64,000 nt of DNA. Source: Phyllobates terribilis (taxonomy: Eukaryota). This document shows positions 36,868 to 49,740 of this stretch, one piece after another. The translations under genes were made by a program, and so were the position numbers. The notes under the pieces were generated by a model. The model was not told the origin of the DNA. It saw only the letters and a program-made list of their open reading frames with translations, and searched no databases. The stretch covers positions 1 to 64,000 of the forward strand of contig NW_027365966.1 of the NCBI RefSeq assembly GCF_046119375.1, read 5' to 3'. Position 1 is the stretch's first letter. The number at the start of each line of letters is the position of its first letter.

Positions 36868-37983
36868 GTTAAAACGGATCATCATTCTAAATTAAAAAGA
36901 ATTTTCTAATTATTAAACATATAATCTACGAAAAAATTGAAGAAATATCGGGATGTTCGTAAGAGGACTCTTCCATATTTTTATATAGAGGCTTATCAGG
37001 TGAGGACGGTGCAAATTCGTCACAGCGGTTGATTCATTTTGATTAAAAAAGCAATTTAGACGTTGCGATACACGCTCACACCCCACCCCCATTCCCTATT
37101 TGTTTTTTCAGTTTCCTTCTTCCCACATACACCTTCTCATTCTCTCACAATTTTGTTGTTCTTCGTTTCACATCGTATAAAAAAAAGTTCGAAAACTAAC
37201 AAATTATTCCTAAAAGACATCAAACTTACTGGTTTCACAATTACTTGCACTTTTTCGGTTGATCAAAATGTTTTCAAGCCAAGGAGGAGACAAATCCCCT
37301 GTTCTAATTGTCAAAGTTGTTGAGAAATCAAACCCTAATCCTAGGTTTACTTTTCGTTCGTTTTTTCGGCATGCAATAGTGTTTTTCACTGAATCGTAAG
37401 TGATAAACATTATTGATGTTCTTCAACAAATATTTCGTTAGTGGATTTGCTATTGTTAAGCTCGATTTTGCTATTTAAACATGTAAAACCCACCGATACT
37501 AGATTTTGTTAATGTTGTTGTACACATGTAAAAATACTCTGTTGTTTGTTGATGTGAAATATTTTTGGAACCAGTTTATGCCAGAAAAAAGAAAGATGAA
37601 CATAAAAAAGTTATTTTCGCAGAAGACAAGGGCAAAGAACAACAAAGTAAAACAACTCTAGTTGTCTATAAAGCTTCGAAAGAACCAGATGGTGATAAAA
37701 ACTATATATATGTTGTGATTCATACTGTCAAGTTACGTGTATTTTTATTTTTAAATCTAAATCCCTTTTTGTTTTGAATTGTTTTCACTTGCTGAAGAAC
37801 AAAAAGCCTGAAGTCAAAAGTTGAAAAGAAATCAAAAGGTAAAAATTGAAGTGCATTCTGTTATCAGGTTGTAGTGCACTTCTCATTTAGGTTAAAGTGC
37901 ACTTCTCGTTAAGAAATTAACTTACAGAGTGTAGTTCTACTCTTCGCAATTGTAAACTTATATTCATGACATTAAGGTTCTGA

Positions 37984-38880
37984 TTTTAGCTCGAAGTACA
38001 CTCTGTTTAGAGTGTTCAGTGCACTTCTCGTTTATCTAGAAGTGCACTCCTCTATTAGAATAAAGTGCACTATCTATATTTTACATAGTGTGGTTCTACA
38101 CTTTAAGAAAATTGTAAAACTGATACTTCCTGGAATTGCACTTCTGTTTTTAGATCGAAGTGCATTCTGTTTAGAGGGTTTAGTGCACTTCTCGTTTTAT
38201 CTCAAAGTGCACTCTTGTCTTGGAAATGAAGTGCACTATCTATATTTTACCGTGTGGTTCTACACTTTAGAAATTGTAAAACTTATACTTCTTGACATTG
38301 CACTTCTATTTTTAGCTCGAAGTGCACTTCGTTTAGAGGGTTCAGTGCACTTCTCTTTTATCTTGAAGTGTACTCCTGTCTTAGAAATGAAGTGCACTAT
38401 CTATATTTTACAGAGTGTGGTTCTACACTTTACAAAATTATAAAACTTATACTTCCTAAAATTGGACTTCTGATTTTAGCTCGAAGTGCAATTGTTTAGA
38501 CAGTTCAGTGCACTTCTCGTTTATCTCGAAGTGCACTCCTCCCTCGGAATGAAGTGCACTATCTATATCTTACATAGTGTAGTTCTATACTTTAGATCGA
38601 AGTGCACTCCTGCCTTAGAGGGTTCAGTGCACTTCTCATTTATCATGAAGTGCACTCCTTCCTTAGAAAGAATTTCACTATCTATATCTTACAGAGTGTA
38701 GTTCTACACTCTATAATTTTAAACTTATACTTCCTCAAATTGCACTTCTGATTTAGCTTGAAGTGCACTTTGTTTATAGATTTCTGTGCCCTTCTCGTAT
38801 ACCTTGCAGTGCACTTCTCATTAATAAAAATGAAGTGCACCCTGTATATCTTATCATACTGCAATTCTACTCTTTATAAG
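37984..38880 (+). repeat. Tandem array of ~163-bp units rich in (A)GTGCAC(T)
   Basis: Unit starts TTTTAG(C/A)TCGAAGT(G/A)CA at ~37984, 38148, 38310, 38474, followed by truncated units at ~38591 and ~38750. Confidence 0.88.
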
Positions 38881-40932
38881 TTTAAAAATTATACTTCCTG
38901 ATGGTGTCCTTCTCATTTAACTCAAAGTGCCCTTTGTTTTTTTAGGTTGTAGTGCACTTCTCTTTTACTTGAAGTGCACTACTCATGAAAAAAATAGGTG
39001 CACTTTGTGTAACATACAAAGTGCAGTTCTACTCTTTATAACTTCAAAAAAATACAGTAAACTTCAATGAAAAAAAAGTTCAGCAAAATACACTTGTATA
39101 TTTTTTGTAAGTAACACTATTGTGCTATATATTTCTAATATTTTAATTATGTCTTTGTAGGAAAAGCGAAAAACCAAAGGACAGAGAGGCTACAAATTGC
39201 AGAATCACACAACATATACATTGATTTCGAACACAGTGTAGAGGAAAAGCCAGTTACAAAACAAAAGAGACGTGGGTCTATTAGCGTCCTTTGCTCCATG
39301 TTAAGGGGATTCAACGAAGCACAAAAACAAGTTGTTAGGAACATGGGGTTTGAACAACTCTTTTCTTGGAATATAGAGACATTGTCATATATGTTGTGTG
39401 ACTGACTTGTAGGTAAGTTTGATGCAGCAACTTGTTCATTAGGAATGGGAAATGGCCGGCTAGATATAACAATAAATGATGGCATCTACAACAGTATCTA
39501 GGACTGCCCAAAGATGACGTGAATTTCAAACTTTGAACTCAAACTCAAACAAAGTGAAAGCTTGGAAGTCCACTTTCCCCAATAGTAAATTTGTTCTTTA
39601 CTCTGATGTTGTAAGGAAACTTAATGAAAATGTTAATGTAGACAACTCTTTGCAATAGATCTTGTTATTTTTCTTTTATTCTATTATAATTGAGAAAACA
39701 GCCAATGACAATGTGTCATCGAAACTCATCAATTGGTTAGACAGGACACATGGTGATGATCTGACTAATTATAATTGGTGTCGTTTATGTTGATTGAGGC
39801 TATGTGAATTAAAAATTGACTATAGTGAAGAATCAAGGACTAGTAAAGAGAAGAGTCATGTCGAAGAAACTAAGATAAACTATCTAGATAAGTACACTTC
39901 AAAAAGATATGGCCTATGGGTTAAAAAAGTGCACTCTTTCTAACAGTAGAAGTGCACTTCGTTTTTTATATATGAAGTGCACGGAATTCATATTTAAGGA
40001 AAAAAAATTGGTTCTCAACTGCACAAATTTGGTTTATGATGTATTTTTTTTCACATTCATAGCAGGCCACTGGGGGAGAATCAAGGACTAGTAAAGAGAG
40101 GAGTCATGTCGAAGAAACTAATGTAAATTGTTTGGATAAGCACACTTGGAAAAGATTTGGGTTAAAAAAGTGCACTCTTTCTAACAGTAGAAAGTGCACT
40201 TCATTTTATATATTGTGTGCACTAAATTCATATCTACGAACTTATTTTTGGGTTCTCAACTGCACAAATTTGGTTGTCTTTTATGATGTTTTTTCCCTCA
40301 CTCGTAGCAGACCACTGGAGGAGGATCTTCTGCTAGTGTTTCAAAGAGGTTGGAGGGTAAAACTGATTCCGAAACGACGACCAGTGATAAGCCTTCTTCA
40401 CCAAAGAAGCCCCGAATTGAAGGTGACATGAATCCCTTGGAAACAAATAAAAAAATCAAAGAGAGCATAAATGTCGGTGTAAATGTTGGAAAGGTAATTA
40501 TTTACATATTTTGATTGTAAATTAATAGACTGTAAATGTATATTTGTAGTAGTGCATTACATATATGAATAATGTGCACCCCCTCACACAACGAAGTGCA
40601 CTAACTTTAAAGAAATTCAACTGCACTGCTAAATTTTTGATATAATACACTTCCACTGTCAAGACAAAAAAGTGCACTTCATGTATGAAAGAAATTGCAC
40701 TCTATATTACCATTGAAAATACACTCCCTTCTATTTTTATGAATTGCATACGATTCATTTAATTAAAGATTTTCTCTTGTTCTCAACTCCAACATTTTTA
40801 GGCTAAAAATGTATTGTTAATTTGTAATTCATAGCATATCTCTGATGAAGCGACAAGGATAGCAGGTGATAAACCTTCTTCACCAAAAAAGCGCAAAATT
40901 GGTGGAGACATCAATCTTCAGCAAAATAAATT

Positions 40933-41721
40933 TGTTGGTTATATGAACTAGCCTCTTAGTTCATACAACTAATAATGCCTTTGTTTTAATTATAACAAAA
41001 TATCCTTATATACTAATGTGTTCATTGAGTGAGATATTGCAGGAGAACCATAGACCTTCAAGTTAATTAGGTGATTTACGCATGGAAATCAACAAGCTTA
41101 AGTGTAGGAGCAAGAGCGAGTCTAGCAAGAAGGATAGCGCTTAATGCGCTTAACCAGGAGCAAGGGAACCAAACATCACAGGAGGGAATCGAGTAAGAAG
41201 AGTGAGGGAACCGAGCACTTAAAGGCTCAAGCATCATACCAGATGGACGCGCTCAAGGGAACCGAGTGCATTGAAGGGAACCAAGCGCGTATAAATAGAA
41301 AGATATCTTATAAGGCGCTATTAAGGAAAAGAATTTGATACGCGGGAACTACCAGATTCGAGATCTTGTTTGTTAGAGTGACTTCGTTATCTTAATCAGT
41401 TAGTTAAGATTTTATTTATTGTTTTAATCTAGCTTTTCGATAATTAGTTCCCGGTGATTATGCCATAGTATAAATAGTATAGATTATCTTTCAAAAAGTT
41501 GTTGTTGAAAGTGCTGAGAGTTAGTACATTTTGATTTAGGACTTAGGCAATAGTTAGGAGAGTTTAGGAAGAAACTAAGAATTGTGTTTTTGCCTAACAG
41601 TTGTAAGCCCTACAAGAAATCAAATCAATAATTGTTTTGGAATTCATTGTTTACTTGTTCCTAGCTTTATTTCCGCACAAAGTTGTAGTCTTTAGTTAAA
41701 GCTAAGGTTCCACGATCCACA
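40933..41721 (+). repeat. Sirevirus 5' LTR
   Basis: Starts TGTTGG and ends ...CCACA just before the PBS. Contains the hairpin TATGAACTA-gcctct-TAGTTCATA (40942-40965), repeated GGGAACC(G/A) motifs and TATAAATAG (~41469). The start position is inferred. Confidence 0.65.
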
Positions 41722-41723
41722 AT

Positions 41724-41735
41724 TGGTATCAGATC
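41724..41735 (+). promoter_or_regulatory. Primer binding site, tRNA-iMet type
   Basis: TGGTATCAGATC, 11/12 match to the canonical TGGTATCAGAGC, 2 nt after the LTR end. Confidence 0.85.
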
Positions 41736-41835
41736 ATGATCCAATTCAAATACGACAATGAAGAACTCAGAATTCAACCTCGGTATGTCCCTGAACAAGC
41801 CTCATCAACTTTGAGAAGGAGAACTAGATTGGTGG

Positions 41836-44800
41836 TTGGGAGTGCACACGATGTTCATTCAAACTCAAGACTACCAATGCTGGAAGATCATAGAGCTTGG
41901 AGACGAAGTGCTTCCAGAGTTAAAAGAAAGAAAGGATTGGCAACAGGAGTACTATGCCAAGATGGAGAAGAATTCAAAGGCTCGACAACTGATTCTGTGT
42001 GGACTCACTCGCACAGACATTGACAAGGTCATTGACATACAAATGGCCAAAGACATATGGGAAGCTATTATCTCCATACACAGAGGAAGCAAAGACCAGA
42101 AGGATACCAGAAAATTTACGCTTCAAAAGGAGTTTCAATCATTCAAACAACTTCCTGGTGAAAGTGTGTCAGCCTGCCAATCGCGCTTCACAATTTTGAT
42201 CAACAAATTAACTGCCTCTGGTGTGACGATTCCCCCTTCAGAGCAAACACTGGCAGTCATCTACGCTATGAGCGGTAAATTCGAGCTCACTCGAAGAATC
42301 GCCCTCATGTCTCCAGACTGCAAGAAGCTTCCGGTGGTTTATATGTTTGGCAAGTTCTTCGACAAAGAAAAAGCTGATTTGTTAAAGGGCTTACAAGTGA
42401 AAGAAGCCACTGGAACCGCGCTGAAGCTCACAAAGGTGCTTGAGAAGATGAAAAACAATGACGGCGAAGAGGATGAGGACGATGATACAGAAGTTGATCT
42501 CATGACAAAGATGGTCAAGAAGTGGTTCAAGAAGAGAGTTGAACCAGGAGAGTCATCATCTTCAGCTAAGCGTGATCTCAGGGAGTACACATGCTACAAT
42601 TGCCAGGAGAAAGGGCACCTTGATAAGACGTGCACCCATCCAAAGGTGGAAGCCACTGAAAAGAAGGCGCTTTTTGAGCATGAGGAGAAGAGGACGATGA
42701 AGCTGACCTTCACGAAGGATTCCAAGGCCAATGTCTCATGAACGATGCATAGGCCCTTTCCTGTGAGGTAAAACCACTTGACACCTTTCCTAATCGCCTA
42801 AACTTTCTTGAAAAGAAAGACCTTATTAATATGATTAAAGGGTTGTTTGAAGATACTGAAACTTTAGAGTCTCAAATTACTGAATATGAAGAGGAAGTCA
42901 TTGAATTACATAGCGAGTGTCTAGATCTGTCCACTAGGCTAGCTAATAAAGAAAAGGCCTTAGTAAAATCTAGGGAACTGAGCTTAACGACAAAATCTTG
43001 CAAGGACTACAATGGTAATCAATCTCAAGAGGGATCGTCAAAGAGCTGAGAGTCCAAAGTAGAAAGCGACTTAGGGCTTATACTTGCTAAGATCACCGAC
43101 TTAACTGAATCAATTAATAAGAACACGATGAACCAAACTGTCTTTGTGAGGTCTAGACCTGGATTAGGATATGACTCAGACATAGATTCTTCTAAGTGCT
43201 CGAGTGCTAATGAGAAGCTCATCAGAGAATTAAGTGAAAAAGCAGAGACCTTAGACAAGGCCCTTCAAATCTGTAGAAGCAAGAATGAATTCTTAGAGAA
43301 AAAGGTTAAGGCACTTGAATAACCATCAGGGGATAAAAATTACTGGTTTCAAAGGGAAAAGGCTCATAAGATGTATGTGAGCCAAGCCCAAGAGAATGCA
43401 GTAAACATATTAGACCCTAATCTTAAGGATAGAAAGTCCTTTAGACCTGGAAAGGGCAAGTATGGTTATGTTAAGTACAATGAATGGTGCAGATTTTGTG
43501 GTAAAAATTGTCACACTATACACTCTTGCAAGAAGAAGCAAGCGCTAAGTAACAAGCCATACAGGTCACCCACTCGCAATACACGTGAAGTGAGTAATCT
43601 GAATGATCCTTCTTACTTAGAGCAAGCCTCTTCACCTAAAGGCCAGAGGCTTGTTCGTAGCCCCTCTCCTAATGCTAACAAGAAATCTAATCCACCCAGA
43701 AAAGCTAACCTTTGACGGGTTTCGAAAGTTTGATTGCTTATTTGTAGGGAAACTTGAGCAGCGAGAACAAATGGTACATAGATAGTGGCTGCTCATGTCA
43801 TATGACCGGAGATAAGGAGAGACTACGAAGTTTTCAAGAATATGATGGTGGAAGCGTATCATTTGGTGACAAGAGAGCTAGAGAAATCACTGGACATGGA
43901 AAGGTACATCTCAATGACAAGATAGATATCCAGATGGTGAACTTTGTGCAGAGCCTTCGCTACAATCTCCTAAGCATCGCTCAACTCTGTGATGAGGGAC
44001 CAAATGAGGTGACTTTCAGTACTTCAAAGTGCTTTGTGAGAAGCGCTACTGAAGAAGTCATTTTAAGGGGAAAGCGAGTTAATAGCATGTATATTTTTGA
44101 CCCCAGCTACATCCCAAAGAGTCACCTTAGCCTTGCTACAATAGAAGATCAAACCGCATTGTGGCATCAACGTCTAGGGCATGTCAATCTACACCTCTTA
44201 CACAAGTTACATGCAAAGGAGCTAGTCTGAGGCTTAACTCTCATCAAGATAGAGAACATGACACACTGTGCTAATTGTGTCAAAGGCAAGCAAATCAGGA
44301 GCTCGTTCAAATCTAAGTCAGACATCACAACAAAGAAGCCCCTCGAGCTCCTTCACATGGACCTCTGTGGGCCAATGCGCATTCAAACCCTGGTTGAGCA
44401 CGTTATATCTTTGTGTCATCGACGACTATTCCAGGTTCACATGGACGTTATTCCTGCGCTCCAAGGATCAAGCCTTCTTTCTCTTTATCAAGCTAGTAAC
44501 CCTACTCGAGAACTCTCTATCCCTAAAGGTGCGCTCTATAAGATCAGGCCATGGAACTGAATTCGAGAATGGCAATATGTTGAGCTACTACATTGAAAGA
44601 GGAATAGCTCACAATTTCTCAGCCCCTAGAACTCCATAACAGAATGGAGTAGTTGAAAGAAAGAACAAGGCGTTAGTAGAGATGGCACGCACTATGCTAA
44701 GCGGAGTCTCCCCCTCACTTTGGGCTTAAGCAGTGAACACAGCGTGCTACATTACCAACATAGCCCTTCTACAACCTTCACTAGGCACGACTCCATACGA

Positions 44801-46760
44801 GCTGATCAAGGGATATCCTCCAAGCATCTCTCATTTCAAGGTTTTTGGATGCAAGTGCTATATACTGAACAATGGAAAAGACAACTTGGGCAAGTTCGAT
44901 GCACGAAATGATGAAGCCACCTTTCTTGGCTATGTCCCATCAAGTAAAGCATACATGGTGTTCAACCAGAGAACAAGAACTTTTGAGGAGAGCATACACG
45001 TGGTGTTTGGTGAAGGCACGTTCCGTTCTCCTCCGTCAAATACCTCTAATCCATTCCCAGAAGTTGCCCTCATATAAGCACCTTCAGAAAATGATCGAGC
45101 CCCTCCTCCTCAAGCCCAGAATCCACTCGCCCCTCCATATATAGCCTCATTTCTCTCAGGTCCTGACTCAGATAGTGATGGCGAAGGGCCTTCTCATTCA
45201 GACACTGTCCAGACCACAACACCTCCAACTAGAACCTTTCAACAAAGAGGTGCTCAGCCCCCAAGGAACATGCTCACTCATGTACACTCTGTAATTCACA
45301 CTCGCTCTTGCGTAGCTCAACTAGCACATCCAGAAGTGATCGCTGAAGCACTTGATGAAGCCGCTTCTTAGACTATCCTATATGCCTTTGACACTTTCGT
45401 CTCACTCACTGAGCCTAAGAACATCAAAGAGGCCATCCTTGATCCATATTGGGTGGCTTCCATGCAAGAAGAGATTCATGAGTTCGAGCGGAATCAAGTC
45501 TGGCGCCTAGTTCCTAAGCCCTCTAATCGCACGATCATAGACACTCACTGGTATTTTAAACAAGCTTGATGACTTAGGAGCCGTGGTAAGGAACAAAGCG
45601 CACCTAGTAGCTCAAGGGTACAACCAACAAGAGGGGATTGACTATAACGAGACCTATGCTTCAGTCGCTCGACTAGAGGCTATTCGTCTTTTGATAGCCT
45701 TTGCCTCACACAAGAACTTCAAGCTATTTCAAATGGATGTGAAGACGGTCTTCCTCATTGGTGTGCTCAATGAAGAAGTGTATGTGAAACAGCCCCCAGG
45801 CTTTGAGGACTCAAACCACCCTAAGCATGTGTATTTCCTGGACAAGGCAACGCTTGTATAGAATATCAAAAACGTAATGAGCAGTAAGTTCAACATGAGT
45901 ATGATTGGGGAACTCAATTTCTATCTCGGCCTTCAAGTAGTGAAAAAGGATGATGCATTCAAATCCATCAACAAAGTACTTAAGGGAGATCATCAAGAAG
46001 TTTGGGATGGAAAAATAGCAAGCCCCTTCACACTCTAATGTCCACAGGCACTAAGCTCGACGCTGACCTTCACGGCCCAAAGGAAAAACAAGATGCTCTT
46101 AGAGGTATGGTAGGATCTTTGATGTATCTAACCGCCTCTAGGCCTAATATTGTTTTTGTAGTGAGTCTATGTGCAAGATTTCAATTTGATCCAAGGGAGT
46201 CGCATGTAGCTATCATCAAGAGAATCTTTTCGCTACTTAAAAGGGACTGACAACTTGTGTTTATGGTACCCTAAGAACTGCGATTTTACCCTTTTTGGAT
46301 ACACAGATGCTGACAATGCAGATTATCTCATTGATCGAAAGAGCACCTCAGGTATGGATCAATTCCTAGGGCCTTGCCTTGTTTCTTGGGGCTCTTGCAA
46401 GCAATACTCAGTAGCCGTGTCCACCACCAAGGCAGAATACATAGTGGTTGATTCCTATTGCGCTAAACTCCTATGGCTCAAGCAACAACTCAAGGACTTT
46501 GGTATTTCAATGGGCTCGATTGAAATATGATGTGATAACACTAGCACGATCAATCTCTCAAAGAACCATGTGCATCATTCTCGAACTAAGCATATTGATG
46601 TGCGTCATCACTTCCTTCAAGACAATGTGGAGAAGAAGAACATAGAGCTCACCCATTGTAGGACTGAGGATCAAATAGCAGACATTTTCCACCAAGACCT
46701 TGAACAAGGAACCATTCATCAAACTCAGACTTCACTTGGGATTGATCCCCCTTCATTAAG
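41836..46760 (+). pseudogene. Copia gag-pol (gag, protease, GAG-pre-integrase, integrase, RT, RNase H), many stops and frameshifts, RT core deleted
   Basis: CYNCQEKGHLDKTC; CRFCGKNCHTIHSC; WYIDSGCSCHMTGD; LWHQRLGH; LELLHMDLCGP; DDYSRFTW; [21 protein letters not shown]; RKSTSG...SWGS.KQ.SVA.ST..AEY; HSRTKHIDVRHHF. Confidence 0.92.
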
Positions 46761-47750
46761 CATTCTCCCTCAATGTAAGCCTCTTCCCTCAGACTTATGT
46801 AAGATTGTTGATTCTTTTAAACTTGGAACTTAGGACTAATACATGCGTGAACTTAGCATGTACTCTTAAAAGGTATACGTCATTCGCATGCTCTGTGTGA
46901 TGCTAAATTATAAACGCTTGTTAGGCCCTTCTAGGATTGTACTGTTGCTTGCTAAAATTTGATTCTTATGCATGCTCTTCATTTTCAAGTCATGATATAT
47001 AAGCAGATGCTCACTTCTTAACCATATGATCCAAGCCCCTAGATACGATTCTTGCTTATGAGTCAGTCCTTAGCTAGATCTTGGTGTCACGTTCCATATC
47101 ACTAAATAAGCTCAACTGAAATATTCACCGAGATGACAAAGAGCCTACCCATAAATGCTTATCACTTGTTGTATTTAAAAGAGCTTCTATGTCCCTGTGT
47201 GTGATTAATTATGTGCTTAAGTGAGTTAAAACAATGCACCAAGTATGGGAACTGAGACACATCACTTAAAAATGATAGGGACCGAGTAGTATGAGAAACG
47301 ACAAGCGCAGATCAAGCGAATATAGACATGGGGACCAAGAATTCATGGGGACCGAGAAACCGAAAAAGGGGTGAAGCACAGAATAGAACATGAACTGAGC
47401 ATGGGGGACCGACGGAATCTTAGGGACCTGAGCCTCTCAACAGCCGCCTATTTTATAGGTAATCATCACTCGCCAATCCCAACGACCACTTGCTTTTGCG
47501 AAGATCAAGGCTTCGGATAATAACCGATTTAAAGTCGTTCGGATTCGACCGTTCAACACCCTCTGTATATACCTCTCGTCCCAGATTCAGACCTCCTTTA
47601 CCGCTTTCACACTATTCATCACTTACATAAATTCTCTCTCTCATCTCTCTCTCTCTCACACACACAAAGCCTACTCTCAATCTCTGCAATGACCAACCCT
47701 TGAACATTAGCGCATAACAATGGGCCGAGTACCTCAAGTACAAGACGTTC

Positions 47751-49327
47751 ATGGAAAACATCGCCACCGCCTCCTCAGCACCATCGTCCACCTCACAAGC
47801 ACCTACTCCAGTGACTGCATCCCTCAAATCCAACCCCCACAGTCTCGGAGAAACAGCCCACACCACCACATCGTCTTCACCTCCTCCTCCACCTACCACA
47901 AAAATCCCCTCACACCATACCTCATATGCACCAATGGAGGAAGACCCACAACCCAAAGAGCCCATCCACTCCATCTCCTCCACCACTCCAAAGGCCTCTT
48001 CTCCACCTCCACCGAACATACACCAACACCTCAATACACAAAGAATAAAACCCTCTAGCCCTCGCTCTTACCTCTCCAACTCTGACCCTCACACTCCCCG
48101 GCCTCTCCTACTCATCAAGTCTCACACAAAAGGCCTCTCGACACCACTCCCTCTTCCACCACTCATAAACGAGCCAAAGGGCTCCCATCCAAGGAGATCG
48201 TCACCACTGAAGCCGACTCCTCCTACAGTCTCCCTCCGGCGCACGGAAACTTCTCAACGAGGGTAGTTATCAAGCTGATCATCATCGTCCAAGGGTTTTG
48301 GAGCACCCTCAGCCCTACAGAGTTTGACGTTGCTGCCACAATCGTGTTACTCGAGCGGACACGCTGGTCCGAACTGTCGAGCCATTTTCCATGGACCTGG
48401 ATGAGATGCGTAAGTTCTACATCGCCCTCGTACCAATGCCCCCATCCCCAGGTCAGCCATACTCAGTAGCTCAGATCCCATGGGTGACGAGCCAAAGACG
48501 GTGAACATCAAGTTGGTCTCTAGGGTGCTCGATCTACTAACATGGGAAGGGTACGCCTCTCTCCCCAAGAAGGACCAGCCGCCGGTCAAGTCATAAACGA
48601 TCAAGCTCCTAGCGGGCAAGGTGAGGTTGAAGTAGATCAATACCAATATGCTCAGCTTCGGCATGAAACTGCTCCACTTCATCATGTTGCACAACATAAT
48701 ACCGAGATAGGAGAAGCGGGATACAATGACGATTGCAAATGCTTGCCTACTCAGGGAAGTGATCGAAGGTAGTATCATCGACACTCCGCACCTTATTATA
48801 TTGCACATGCTGACGGTAAAAATGAACAAGAATCATGCCCTTCTCTAACCCCACATCGTCAAGAAGATAATGATAGAGTTGGGGATCTACAAGCCTGTAA
48901 AGGAGACTGCTCTCGAGAGCATAATCACAAAAACTGGGCTGCTTAGGTTGGTGAAATACGTCAGTATGAAAGCACCTATCGAGAAGCTGAAATTAGGACC
49001 CACTCCCAGAGCTGAGCCCAAGCCTGACCCCAAACCCAAGCCTGACAGCATAGCCCCTCCAAAATCTGAACCCAGACCTTAGCGCATGAAGAGACCCTTG
49101 AAGGAGAAGAAGCCGCTTATGCCGTCAAAATGAGCCCTGAGGAGATTCAGCTCTGCACTTTAGAGGTTGTGCTTCAAACAAATAGGCACTTGTCAGGTCT
49201 GCGCATGATGACCGATTGGCACCTTCATCACATGAAGGCACTTATGATCGGGCCGCTCAAAGAGGGTTGTGAAGACAAGTATGAAGATGAGTCCATTAGG
49301 AAAATCCAGAGCACCTCAAAATTCTAA
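47751..49327 (+). pseudogene. Sirevirus env-like ORF, disrupted
   Basis: Lies between pol and the PPTs. Ser/Pro/Thr-rich N-terminus, then fragments such as ID.PHLIILHML...PHIVKKIM.ELG, and a C-terminal coiled-coil-like region. Confidence 0.65.
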
Positions 49328-49519
49328 CTGTATTTTTTGCTCTTTTTGTTTAATTAATGATAAGTATGCCTTGAATCACTTGCATGCTTGCTCTAGAACG
49401 TACTGAGATAGGGATTGACTTTCTATGTTTTCTTTTGCATCACATATTCATTCCTCTAGAAGGCATGCATGTACTACTCTTTATTTTTCCCTGTTTCATA
49501 TTAAGCACAACTTTTTACA

Positions 49520-49740
49520 TGATGTCAAAAGGGGGAATATTACAAGCATATGTGTTATTTAATTTAGGGGGAACTAATACCCATGGTAAGTTAAAGGGCG
49601 ATGAGTGCTACTCGTTCATTGGTTAAGGGGGGATGAAAGCAGTGCATTTTCAAGAGGGGGTGCTGAGATAACTGTCAAATTTACATCACAGGTTGTTAAC
49701 CATGGGATTACAAAGAAGGCAATGCATTTTCAAGAGGGGG
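49520..49740 (+). other. Multiple polypurine tracts (Sirevirus signature)
   Basis: GATGTCAAAAGGGGGAA (~49521), TTAGGGGGAA (~49564), TAAGGGGGGA (~49624), CAAGAGGGGG (49651 and 49731). Confidence 0.7.

Noticed and set aside
38012-38701. ORFs of 143 aa and 71 aa as genes
   Set aside because: They are translations of the tandem array, giving repetitive hydrophobic peptides with no domain.
37984-38880. Regularly spaced repeats as a CRISPR array
   Set aside because: Eukaryotic, intron-containing context. Whole ~163-bp units are duplicated, with no unique spacers and no cas genes.
41724-41735. tRNA-complementary sequences (also 63713-63722) as tRNA genes
   Set aside because: Short PBS motifs next to LTR ends; no cloverleaf or A/B boxes.
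47612-48058. Antisense and alternative-frame ORFs over the env-like region
   Set aside because: Shadows of a C-rich Ser/Pro/Thr-coding strand.
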